Origin: Lingula anatina
Lineage: Eukaryota > Animalia > Brachiopoda
Assembly: GCA_051362555.1 (NCBI GenBank)
Contig: CM120648.1
Location: 7,374,587-7,438,586, forward strand
Length of the DNA: 64,000 bases
Direction of reading: 5' to 3'
The notes below the pieces were generated by a model. That model saw nothing but the letters and a program-made list of their open reading frames with translations, had not been told where the DNA came from and did not search any database. The position numbers and the translations under genes are program-made. Shown here one piece after another: positions 1 to 10,299 of this stretch; position 1 is the first letter of the stretch, and each line of letters begins with the position of its first letter.

Positions 1-205
1 TAAGTACAGGAACCCAGTCTGAGGGATAGAACAGAAAAATATGTCTAACAAAAATGAAAAAAAAAAGCACCTTTCCTCCTGTTTTTATGTTCACTTTTTA
101 AAAATTGTTAGATAATATCACTTGGTCTTGATTTTATAATTTACAGATCTTATAAAAATGATCAATTGTTTCAAACAAATGCTAGGATTTCCTACAAATA
201 CTTAC

Positions 206-299
206 TTTTAAACCCTCGATTAAGCTCATCACGTCTTTCAGCAATGGCTTTCAATAATACTTCCCTGAACTGCTTCTCAATCTCCTTCAGTTTTGGTTT
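206..299 (-). CDS. POLRMT: POLRMT coding exon 10 (gene continues beyond left edge)
   Basis: KPKLKEIEKQFREVLLKAIAERRDELNRGFK (human RKTLKTLRDQWEKALCRALRE); gttttag acceptor, A|GTAAGT donor. Confidence 0.85.
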
Positions 300-769
300 C
301 TAAAACAATATTAAACAGGATTGATGTTATTCCTTTTTGTATTTATGTAACACAATGAATATCACAGTACCCTTAGATAAAGAGGACCTTGCCTAAGTGA
401 ATCCTCGTATTATTTTTTTTTACTCTAGCAGAAAACATGCAGGTAAGTGGATAAATGGTGATTACTTGATCTTTTCAATGGGGGAAATTGTGAATTTTAC
501 AAATGCTGTATATTTGCTTTCTACTCCAACTATGGTTTAGGCCTAATTAAGTGCTCGTCTACCCAATTATAAAGTCAAGTCTGGTGCTCACCTGCCACAC
601 ACAAAAATGAGAGAAAAGTAAATTAAAGTATGCTATGCTGGTTTCACATCATATGTTAAAAAAAATGTTGAGTTTAGTCTTTCAGAGAATTGCTATGTAT
701 TAACCAACAAGAACATGGTCTGGCCTTAATGGAAAATTACTCAAGGATAAAAAAAAAATGGCAGCCTAC

Positions 770-919
770 CGCCTTTTTATGTCCCTCTAGTTGCCCTGGT
801 GTCAGTTGAAGAACACTGTCCACTTCAGCAATTCCTTCTTCTTCTCTTTTTATCTGCTCCTCCAAGAGATTCATCAACTGTTCTGGAGTTACCTCTCCAG
901 CATAGGGGTTGACATAGGA
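770..919 (-). CDS. POLRMT: POLRMT coding exon 9
   Basis: SYVNPYAGEVTPEQLMNLLEEQIKREEEGIAEVDSV (human LQCLFEKQLHMELASRVCVVSV); cctcctcctag acceptor, GCG|GTAGGC donor, 150 nt. Confidence 0.88.
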
Positions 920-1130
920 CTAGGAGGAGGAGCAAGACTGTCAGTCTTTCACACTTTTAGTAGGTCTACATTTATCAGTACAGAAACACTTAAGAATATT
1001 CCTTATATGTAATAATGCTACAGGACAGAGGGGAGGAGGGGAGCGTTAACTCCCTTTCAAACGTTTGCTTTTGACTGTTTTGAGGAAGCAAATTCCAGTT
1101 AACTGTCCAATTGGTGACACTTTGACTGAA

Positions 1131-1374
1131 TTCCCATTAAACTTTTGTACTAGCTGGATCTGCCTAACTCCGGGGGGGGGGGGGGGGGGGGGGGGGGGGA
1201 GGGGGGGGGATTCTCACTAAGTTGCATTCAGTTTAAGCAACTTATAAATGTCTGTAAGGCCCACTGAAACTGCTAGGGGGTAATTAACTTTAGTGCATGC
1301 CTAAAATGAATGCAATTTAGCAAGAATCCCCTCAGAGATAGATCGATCCTGCTAGTACAATAGAGTTATGGGAA
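1131..1374 (-). mobile_element. Palindromic MITE-like element, GATCGATC family copy A (with poly-G expansion)
   Basis: Long imperfect TIRs (ttcccat..ttgtactagc.ggatc / gatcctgctagtacaa..atgggaa); core GGGGTAATTAACT at 1277-1289 is the reverse of copies B-E. Confidence 0.75.
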
Positions 1375-1579
1375 TGGTCCCTTTTACATATCAGCCAGGC
1401 TAAGATGTACATCTTCAGAAGTATTTCGAAACAGATACAAAAAACATGCTGTAAGAAAAGGGAAAAGAAGCTTAAAAGGATTAAGGTACATTTAATTTTT
1501 GTGTAACAACTACACAATTGTGTCAGCAAAAATGCACATTCAATTCCATAACTTAGTGCATGAAATTCACCTTCATTAC

Positions 1580-1687
1580 CTGTTTTTCACCATATTTCCT
1601 TGACAGATCCTCTAGAAGAACAGCACTGTAGTCTGATTCATCAGTGGGAGTGGGAGGCACATATTCATCATTCACAGTTCTTATTGC
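1580..1687 (-). CDS. POLRMT: POLRMT coding exon 8 (alternative in-frame donor would end the exon at 1571)
   Basis: [14 protein letters not shown]...SAVLLEDL (human AVHKVKPTFSLPP...SKLLRDV); two possible donors 9 nt apart, CAG|GTAATG and AAG|GTGAAT. Confidence 0.85.
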
Positions 1688-1729
1688 CTGTGTAAAGGAA
1701 ATGTTGAATATAAACAAGTGGGCGTGTGT

Positions 1730-1930
<201 letters not shown>

Positions 1931-2077
1931 CAACCAACTTCATTAACCAATGCAGGCTGACAATGGCAGTGGACAAAAAAAATTAAATGGATGACTGAGA
2001 AAGTTTGCATATGCATTGAAATCCCTCTGCTTAGTCAACAGCCATTATCCAGGGTAACTTAAACCAAAGTTTCTTAC

Positions 2078-2146
2078 TTTTAACATATAGTTCTTGCTCT
2101 CCTCTTTCAGTGTGCACTTCGTAAACATGCAATCGGGATTAATGCC
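2078..2146 (-). CDS. POLRMT: POLRMT coding exon 7
   Basis: GINPDCMFTKCTLKEESKNYMLK (human GLKLQALFTAVLLSEEDRATVLK); ttttgtag acceptor, GTAAGA donor, 69 nt. Confidence 0.85.
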
Positions 2147-2617
2147 CTACAAAACAAGAAGAATGTTCTTTGATGATACTGTGCTTTTATTAGCCAGACA
2201 TAAGTTTTGTTTCAAACAAGTACCTATATGATATTCAAATTATGCCAACAGTAAAGGAGCAACAGAAAGAAAAAAATGCACATTCACTGGCATTGTTTAA
2301 AAAATGTTATATATTATTTTTAAAAAAATGTCCATGCACTTCTGTCCACATTAAGAATAACAGCCAAGTTCTCTGTCACTGTAAACAATTTACCATAGTG
2401 ACACTTACTACCATCATACCTAACACAAATAATTTTTCCAACCATCACAACTAACTCATTTTGCTTTCCTTTATTTCAAAGCAGATTTTGGTCTCTTTTT
2501 ATAGTTTCTTAGAATCACTCAAGGCTCGTGGAAAAGCACACCTAACGCATTTATGAGCACAAACACACTCTTCACTGTCACACCAATCACAAATTTTTAG
2601 CATCAAAATTAACACAC

Positions 2618-2785
2618 CTTGCTTTCCATTGTGGTTAGACACATTTGAATCTCATCACGTCGGCTCTCAGCATCCCTGCCCAGACATTCTAGAAGAGCAG
2701 CGTAGGACTCCGCGTCTGGCTCCACCTCTGAATACCCTGCTTCCTCCATCATTTCTAACAGGGAATATATTCGACGCAGGTGGGT
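2618..2785 (-). CDS. POLRMT: POLRMT coding exon 6 (PPR-like motif)
   Basis: LLEMMEEAG..EPDAESYAALLECLGR..IQMCLTTMESK matches human VLFMVKDAGLTPDLLSYAAALQCMGR..IERCLEQMSQE; 168 nt phase 0-0. Confidence 0.9.
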
Positions 2786-3046
2786 CTAAAAAAAACAGAT
2801 AAACTGCCCAATATCAAGAGTTCCTAAAATTTGCCTTTCAGTAAAAGCAGCACTGTCCCAGTCCAGACCATTCCAAACTGCATCAGAGCCAATATCGCAG
2901 GACCAAACTGATGAGATAAAGTGGCCTTTTTTTAAATTCTTAATAAAACAAAGCTTTCAGTTGGCTACCAAATTCCACAGCAGTCTTCACTAGGACCAAT
3001 TCTGAACTGAAGTGATTCCATGCCACAGGTTCTTGTCCAGACTTAC

Positions 3047-3181
3047 CTTATCTGAGGCATAAGCATGGAGGAGAAGGTTGTAAACGGACACATGAACCTT
3101 TAGCCTGTTCTTCCGGAAGTCAATTTTGCTGTTTGACCATTTCAACAAAGCTCTCTTCAGTGTGAGAAATGCAGTGTCAAG
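3047..3181 (-). CDS. POLRMT: POLRMT coding exon 5 (PPR-like motif)
   Basis: LDTAFLTL...VHVSVYNLLLHAYASDK, PPR-type YNxLLxAY (human MYNAVMLGWARQ); tag acceptor, AAG|GTAAGT donor, 135 nt. Confidence 0.88.
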
Positions 3182-3502
3182 CTAAAAAAAAAATCATTCA
3201 TTAATTAATCAATTAATTTATAAATGAGGTTAATTGTCTGATTATAATAAATGAATTAATATGGCTGAGGGTCTTGTTAGGGTCATGTCGAAGTCCGGGT
3301 CATATAATGGGGTACTGCAAGCACTTATCTTGTATATTGTTTAAAATATAAGATATATAGGAAATAAAATATAATACAGAATTATAGTCCTTTACCTCTT
3401 AAGAGTGCTGAACAGTGAACAACTATCACAAGGTTTCTTTGTATTCCATACAACAAAAACCAAAATTATGGAGCTTCCATGTTAACAAAATGCGGCAGTC
3501 TT

Positions 3503-3540
<38 letters not shown>

Positions 3541-3558
3541 GTCTGGTGGCTCACTTAC

Positions 3559-3652
3559 ATCTCCTATGTATAAACATGCATCTACATAGGCCAGCAGCTC
3601 GGCTGTGATTTGCTCTCCACCTATCCCATATTCTAGTAGTTTCCTTAAATCG
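3559..3652 (-). CDS. POLRMT: POLRMT coding exon 4
   Basis: tcttcatttcag acceptor, GAT|GTAAGT donor; DLRKLLEYGIGGEQITAELLAYVDACLYIGD resembles human POLRMT QRLLAFFKCCLLTD; phase 2-0. Confidence 0.85.
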
Positions 3653-3954
3653 CTGAAATGAAGACGTACATTCAATTATATTTGATACTAACAGTGCCAT
3701 GTCATTCACAGCTTGGAACATGTCACTCCCAACACACTGTCTCACCATTTGCCTACTAATACACTATCACATTTAATACCATGTCACACCAAATGCATTT
3801 GCCTTAGGGTGCATTCCTAATGAAGCTTTTTTTCTTAGTAGATTGATCCAACTCCATGGGGACTCCTGCTGAATGCAATCAAAATTTAAAAATTAACACG
3901 TTTCCTCTTGATTCCATCATATTCATATAATCACCAACTTTTCTGTATTCTACT

Positions 3955-4000
3955 CAACATCAGGATAAGGCAGGTTCAACATCAGGATAAGGCAGGTTCA
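3955..4000. repeat. 22-bp tandem duplication
   Basis: tcaacatcaggataaggcaggt x2 immediately before MITE copy B. Confidence 0.9.
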
Positions 4001-4005
4001 TCCAA

Positions 4006-4218
4006 GGGTGCTTTCCCAGAGATTTAGATCAATCTAAAGATCAAGTTTTAGATCGACCTAACTCCCTGGGGGTTCAGGCTAAATTGCAGTCAGCCGAGCG
4101 GACACCATAGTTAATTACCCCCTTAAAGCTTTTAGTAGGCTGGACAGACCAAGCTGACAGTAATCTAGTGAGGCTCCCCACAGGGATAGATCGATCTAAA
4201 AATCTATGGAAATGGGGT
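4006..4218 (+). mobile_element. Palindromic MITE-like element, copy B
   Basis: gatcgacctaactccctggggg...gtcagc / gctgacagtaatctagtgag...gatagatcgatc arms; core agttaattacccc 4109-4121; close to copy E. Confidence 0.75.
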
Positions 4219-4373
4219 GTAATTGTATTCAGCAAGCACCCATAGATTTAGAACGATCTACATAGAAGGATAGTTCCATTTAGGAATGAGCCTTTTCTCC
4301 TTTTAAATTTCACCCAACCATGCATGTACTATATAATCAGATTAACAGCTTTTAAAAATTAAACTAAAATCGC

Positions 4374-4590
4374 GTTCCAATAAACCCAGCGTACTAGCAG
4401 GATCGATCTTACTCTGAGGGGTTTCTTGCTAAAGAGCTTCCAGAGTAATCAGCTTAATTGTCTGGCTCGCACAGTTGAGTATCAATTACCCCCTTGAAGC
4501 TTGAGTAGGCATGCCAGATATCATTTCAGCCACTTACACTGAATGCAATTTAGCAACAATCCCTGCCGAGAATAATAGGGTTTTGGGAAA
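4374..4590 (+). mobile_element. Palindromic MITE-like element, copy C
   Basis: Left arm gtactagcaggatcgatcttactctgaggggtttcttgctaaa is nearly the reverse complement of copy A right arm; core caattaccccc ~4483-4493. Confidence 0.7.
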
Positions 4591-4752
4591 GGTCTTTTAA
4601 GTTATGGTTCTGAAACAAATTTGGCCAGACGGGGGCATAACATAATAGGACCCGTGTATTACAACAAATGGGTGTATATAAATACAAATATAAAAACTTT
4701 TTTTTCTTATTGTCAATTTTATGCAAAAATACCTCACACAAAACATCCTCAC

Positions 4753-5161
4753 CTTTTCAAATCAAGTGTTTTTATTTCAAGCAAATCTTCCTCTCTCTCT
4801 TCCTGGTATGCCATCTCCAACTCGTTCTCGACCTGATGAAAATCCAAGCTCCCTCTGACTTGATGAAAAATCTTCTTTGTATCTATGAAGGCAGGGGGGT
4901 CTTTAACAACCTTGGGAAAATTTTTCTTTGTCTTTGTTTGATTTTCAATGTTTTTCACTGTTTTTCTGTTGCTAAAATGGGCAATAAATTTGGGCAGCAC
5001 ATCTAGAGGTCCGAACATACCCGATTCCGTTACAAGCAATTCAACATCAAGCTCTCTTTTCTTTTTTTTGAATTTCTTTTTGGTGCTTTCTGTTTGTTCC
5101 CAAGCATCTAAGATGCATGTAGTTTTTCGTAATTCCTCTTTTTTCTGTTGGTCTGTCACAA

Positions 5162-5200
<39 letters not shown>

Positions 5201-5203
5201 CAC
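4753..5203 (-). CDS. POLRMT: POLRMT coding exon 3 (contains Ser12 run)
   Basis: gtttcttttacag acceptor, AG|GTGAGG donor, 451 nt phase 1-2; includes ORF 4749..5159. Confidence 0.75.
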
Positions 5204-5243
5204 CTGTAAAAGAAACAGTTACAAATGATTCTCACATTGAAAA

Positions 5244-5514
5244 CTATAGAAAAGCACTCCGAGAGCGCAGACCTCCGCCAAGGCAGCAATTTTTTTCATT
5301 ATTGATTATTGATTGATTATTGATCCAGATCACCACCAATAACTAATCATCTCTTCCTTGACCCACTTCTGACAGTTCCTGTAAATTTCATCAAAATCGG
5401 TCCATAACTTTTTGAGTTATGTTGATGACAAACAAACAAACAAACAAACAAACAAACAAACAGACAGACAGACAAACATAAGGGCAAAAACATAACCTCC
5501 TTGGCGGAGGTAAA
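5244..5514 (-). mobile_element. Helentron-associated non-autonomous element (HINE/DINE-1-like)
   Basis: Subterminal inverted repeats ACCTCCGCCAAGG (5271-5283) / CCTTGGCGGAGGT (5499-5511), terminal stem-loop gcactccgagagcgc, internal (CAAA)n(CAGA)n microsatellite and A/T-rich termini. Confidence 0.75.
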
Positions 5515-5896
5515 ATTGATTCTCACATTAAAATACAACAAATATTCTTCACTAATAATTTTAACCTATGAATGAGAAGAGAATTCAATGAACTTGCCAA
5601 CAATTCAGTTCCAGTAAAAAATTTTCTTATCACACAGCAAGGAGTTTGTTCATCAAAACTATACATGCAATTTCTTAACCAGACAGCAAAGCTAGCAAAT
5701 ATACAGACACCAAACAACAATAAACTGTACAATAATGCAAAAAAATCAATAACTTTTCTAAAAAATAATTGGATCTTGCTGATTTTCATAAGGAACCCAC
5801 AATTTTTACCATGCAAAGCCATCAGATTAAAAAAAAAGTTTGGCAGCAACAGAGTGTTGACCTCATGACCAGAATAAAAACAGAAATGTACAATGT

Positions 5897-6044
5897 CAGG
5901 GGCAGATCCAGAGATATTTTCTGACAGTCTTCCAAATTACACCTTTTTTGATCCATCTTCCATTTTTGACCGTCTTTCAACAGAAAATTAGATACCCCTC
6001 AATGTAAACTGGAAAATATGACCGTCTTCCAAATCTGCTGCTGA
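5897..6044. mobile_element. Degenerate CAGGGGCGGATCCAG-type MITE relic
   Basis: caggggcagatccag start, weak inverted end ccaaatctgctgctg, internal repeated gacMgtcttYca. Confidence 0.35.
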
Positions 6045-6080
6045 GTGAAGTGTCCCTATATAAAAACTAAAATGACTCAC

Positions 6081-6263
6081 CCCTCTTGGCAAAGTCTCCA
6101 GGTTTCACTGTAGATTTTTTCACATCATCTCTCATCCTGTTATTAGCAGGACTCTCCTCTGTGCAGTTTGAATTTTTGTTGTTGTCAGAACAAGCCATGT
6201 ATATTTGTGGTCTTGTACTTGCGTATACAACCTGGCCTTGTCTACAGAGTACATCATGTTTGT
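6081..6263 (-). CDS. POLRMT: POLRMT coding exon 2 (N-terminal extension)
   Basis: ttttcag acceptor, G|GTGAGT donor, 183 nt phase 1-1, open frame (Y)KHDVLCRQ...DFAKR. Poorly conserved region, assigned by splice-phase continuity. Confidence 0.65.
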
Positions 6264-6530
6264 CTGAAAAATTCAAAGACACATGAATTCAAGTTACAAA
6301 ATACACCTAATTGCATGTAAGATACACAATCAATTCTTTACTAACAAAGCAGGCACAGCCCATACTCATACCCTGTAATTAATAATAATTCACTGATCCA
6401 ACTCACGATCAACTTATCAAATCAGTATGATTTGTTTATGTCCCTGTTCAGCACGAGTCCCAGCGCAGTTGGATCAACCTACATATAACAATGGTTGAAT
6501 TAGTAAGGGACCCCATGATACTAAGACTGG

Positions 6531-6738
6531 GTTCCCATCCCTAGATCGATCTAACAGGATCGGTCCATCTCCAAGGGGTTTCTCGTTAAATTGCCTACTA
6601 AAGCTGCTAGACGACAGTTAATTACCACCTATCAGCTTAGTGGGCGTGACAGACATCTAGGCCGCTTAAGTTGGTTGCAATTTATCAAGAACCCCCGAGG
6701 AGATGGATCGATCAAAAGTTTGTACGATAGGGCTGGGA
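6531..6738 (+). mobile_element. Palindromic MITE-like element, copy D
   Basis: gatcggtccatctcc..ggggtttctcgttaaattgc / gcaatttatcaagaacccc..ggagatggatcgatc; core agttaattacc 6616-6626. Confidence 0.72.
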
Positions 6739-6768
6739 TTGGTTGTACCAGTGCGTGGCGGAACTAAG

Positions 6769-6981
6769 ACCCCATTTCCAGAGATTAGATCGATCTACTT
6801 TAGATCGACCTAACTCCCTGGGGGTTCACGCTAAATAGCTGTCAGTCGGGCAGACACGAAAGTTAATTACCCCCTACAGCTTGTAGTAGGCGGGACGGAC
6901 ATTTAAGCCGGATTATCTCAATATCTGACAGTAATCTAGTGAGACTCCCCGCGGGGATAGATCGATTAAAAGCTCTGGGAA
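6769..6981 (+). mobile_element. Palindromic MITE-like element, copy E
   Basis: ttccagagattagatcgatc ... gatcgattaaaagctctgggaa; core agttaattaccccc 6861-6874; similar to copy B. Confidence 0.75.
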
Positions 6982-7080
6982 TATATACAGCCTAAGACAT
7001 GACTACTGGGGTGAAGCAAAACTACACAGCGCCACCGCACCCCTGGACCCACCAAAGATAATGTCCCGCGGCGAACTTAC

Positions 7081-7258
7081 AGTATCTGTTCCAGTTATGG
7101 AACTGCTGCAACCTCTTGCACCAAGAACAAGTGGACAGGTAGGTACGTAATAAAGCAGGTCCCGTGGTCACATTCTCCGCAGGTACTGCCACCGCTGCAT
7201 TGCGTAGAGCTAGAATCTGCGTCTTCTTCAAAATAGGCATTTTGAAGCTTGTTGTCAT
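7081..7258 (-). CDS. POLRMT: Mitochondrial RNA polymerase, coding exon 1 (targeting peptide-like)
   Basis: ATG at 7258 (alternative ATG at 7240); MTTSFKMPILKKTQILALRNAAVAV...WNRY is basic and acid-poor; donor T|GTAAGT at 7080; 178 nt, phase 1, joins the next exon in frame. Confidence 0.7.
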
Positions 7259-7299
7259 CTAAGAGTATCCATGTCGACTCAAGTTACTACCTAAACTAA

Positions 7300-7420
7300 T
7301 TTTATTAGGCCGTAGCAGTGCATTTAATAACACGTGCGAGACATTTTCAATAAGGTTTGTATCCAAATGATGGGCGAGTTCTCATATGACCTTGGGGTAC
7401 AGGAAGTGCGTAAAGCAACG
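7300..7420 (-). promoter_or_regulatory. Probable POLRMT proximal promoter
   Basis: CpG-richer stretch just upstream of the ATG with E-box CACGTG (7331-7336), ERR/SF1-type CAAGGTCA (7387-7394, minus) and ETS/GABP-type CAGGAAGTG (7400-7408). Confidence 0.5.
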
Positions 7421-7750
7421 ACGATTCAGATGAAAAACACCTAATTTAGACTTGGGCGAGATAAAATAACGTAGAAAGAATAAATTGCACTCAAAAAATT
7501 CAATAGGGATCCCTACTGAGAGACCGCTGATTACTTGAGATATGTCATGTCAGACCAGCAGCCAGATGCCATTTCAGGCCAGTTTGAAACCAGCAATGTG
7601 GTATTCAACATGTCGGTCCTTTTGATATAATTTACCAGTTGATACTACATCAGTAAATTCTGTGTTGTAAATTATAGAGTTCGTGGGCAAATTCTTTTGA
7701 AGAAACGGTGTTTGTAGTAAAGTTAGTTGGCTACGTTTTCATTTTATGTG

Positions 7751-8605
7751 TATTTTTCCTAGACTTCTCAAGGCCCGACGCTAAAACGTAACAAATTACA
7801 ACACACAGAATGACTTTATTTGTGACTAAAAACTGCACACTATTTGCATTCATTCAATATATAAAACTACGTTTTATCTATTTACTTGTCCAACTGTGGT
7901 TTATAATAATTTATGCAGGCCTATATATTACCAGTATATGCATTGCATCAACGGTTACATGCCAATACGTCCCCGCACCGATACTCCCCCGCACCGGTAC
8001 ATCCCCGCACCAATACTTCCCCGCACCGATACTCCCCCACAATCACAGATATACTGAGGGGGAGTATCGGTGCGGGGGAGTAACGGTGCGAGGGAGTATC
8101 GACTGTTGTGAGCACATGGACTCGACATCGGAGATTATGGTACAATATTTATATTTATTCTCTATAGCAAACTGCATCATTTATTTATTTATTTATTTAT
8201 TTTTTGTGTAATTGTAATTTTATAATAATATGTAGCTTGATAATGCCATGTAGCCTACACTATATGGCTTGTATCAATAAAGTTCTTGTTTGAAAGCGAT
8301 ATATAAGTGAATAGTTTTTACCTCAAAGACGCTTCCCAACATCACGTGATTGCAAGTGAAACCTAGTTTATTTATTTATTATTTTTTTTATGTGGCAGCA
8401 TTATCTCATAACGCATGACAAATTTTAATTCTGCATTATCTGAAAGCGGATAAGGGAAAAAAATCCTAACGTGTCGAACCACGTTCGGATGCTACCATGC
8501 ACTCATTGTGTTGCCCGTGGTACGCAACATTTCTTGTAACAACTAACACACTCGCCGCTTCTGTCACGCCGTAAGCGTCGGGCCTTGAGAAATGTAGGAA
8601 AAATA
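7751..8605. repeat. Inverted repeat pair enclosing ~0.8 kb
   Basis: 18-bp perfect core ttctcaaggcccgacgct (7765-7782) vs agcgtcgggccttgagaa (8574-8591), extending to ~45 bp with mismatches. Confidence 0.7.
7952..8105. mobile_element. Foldback-type MITE with 16-bp subterminal tandem units
   Basis: Five units of ccRatacWYccccgca on the left and three inverted (ggagtatcggtgcg) on the right; GC-rich island in AT-rich flanks. Confidence 0.65.
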
Positions 8606-8832
8606 AAATAACCAAAATCGTCAACACAATTATGCTCTATTTATGCTATTTTATTTATAATTGTTGTAAATTAGATGGAGACTGAATAATTTCACTCCTA
8701 ACAGAATAAACAGGAAAATTAAAAGTAGATCGTAGGCCTATATATATACTTGGGTCTTTGCAACAGTTTTAGAGGGTATATACTTTTTTTAATAAAATGA
8801 GATTGTTGGCATCATCAATTTGCTGTATAAAT

Positions 8833-8990
8833 GCAGGCCCGTATCCAGAAATTTCAAAAGGGGGGGGTCTTTTTCTAAAAAAGTGGACCTTTTTCCATAA
8901 AAACTTCATGTACCTAGATCAAACTTTACCCAGAGTGGACCTTTTCTCAGCAAAAGGGGTGGTTCTTTCGAACCCCCCGAACCCCCCCTG
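8833..8990 (+). mobile_element. CAGGCCCGTATCCAG-type MITE, right end truncated
   Basis: caggcccgtatccag start, gggggggg, two gtggaccttttt units, gaaccccccgaaccccccctg end; the expected gatacgggcctg terminus is missing. Confidence 0.55.
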
Positions 8991-9344
8991 AAATGTCTAC
9001 CGCATTGCATGCATTCAAAGGTCCGGTTTATACAAACTTTGCATCTAAACATATTATTTGTGAAATATGAAAAGACTTAAATCAAAAGATATCCAATAAC
9101 AGAGTTCTCAGCTGCTACGAATTATTGTGTACTGCGCACTCAGGTTAAAAATGGCAAGATTTGAAATCATTTTTGACAAATGGCTTAAACATCAAGTTCA
9201 AAAACTATTCAAGGACAAAAAAGATGGAAGTTCTTTTCAAGGCCAATAACAATTTCTAGTAGGAACGATGTTAACTAGCTAATTCGACTAATTATAATTT
9301 ATGGGATGAGGTGATAAATGGCATATTAAAACATTCAAACATTT

Positions 9345-10261
9345 TTTTTCTTTTTAACACTCTTTATTGAATTCTTCAATCAACTTCAATCAATTAAGTA
9401 TTGACAGTATTTCACTGGGAGAGTTTGAAATATCCTGTGATAAGTTGTCATAGCAACCAAAAGTAGAAGTACCTGGCGTTTTCACAAGTGAAAACAGTGC
9501 TTAACGTGATTTATTTTTTTAAACAACTCATTGTGTGAATCTCAGCACATTATCTTGCACTATTTTCAAGAAGCTATGGTAACAGAATTTTTAGCACCCT
9601 TGGTTGATTTATATCTACCATGCACTGATGCTACTGTGTAAGGAACGGATATGATACATAAAGGTTGTACTTGAAGCTTAGTGGTGGTGTTGACACAACT
9701 AAAATATCACATGACTGCACAAGAATGATTTGCTATTATATACTTTCACTGTTACGAACAGTAAAAACAGGAGAATATTAATGAAAATCCAAGCTTAACA
9801 CAATTAAACAAAAACTAAATGGCACAAAGTAAACAAGGTGTTTACTGGTCCAGATCTGACTGATGCTCCACCTGGTGGTGTATTGCAATGTTACCTTTAC
9901 TTTGATTTCATATGAGTTTTAATACTTATACATAAGATGCTGAACTTGTGAACTTAACGGTAATCCTTATTTCCAAAATGAAAAATAATTCTTATTAGCC
10001 CATTAGTTAAAATCAATCTTTTTTGTTATTTCTTTTAAAATTCAAAAGCACATAAAAGCCGACAAGTACGGCTGAGAGGAGTTGCAATCATACCTTCCTT
10101 TTTTTTCTTTATGAACTAGGACCAGCCAGGGGGAGACATCAATGTTTTCATCACCTCAATCTTTAAATAATTCCAGATCAAACTTCCAGACTTAAAAAAA
10201 TTAGTTTTCCACACACCAAGAACAAAACTTGAATGAGATTGACTCAAAAAAGGAATCTTCC

Positions 10262-10299
<38 letters not shown>

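Noticed and set aside
3397-3499. Second cryptic exon in POLRMT (poly-T, AAG acceptor, GAG|GTAAAG donor)
   Set aside because: Weak acceptor, the upstream intron would be only ~59 nt, and the gene model is in frame without it.
6448-6468. RE1/REST-like string ttcagcac...cagcgc
   Set aside because: Right half-site is degenerate, REST is not expected in this lineage, and the string lies in a probable repeat relic.
7952-8105. Short repeat array as possible CRISPR
   Set aside because: Eukaryotic context, abutting 16-bp units without spacers, inverted arrangement typical of foldback elements.
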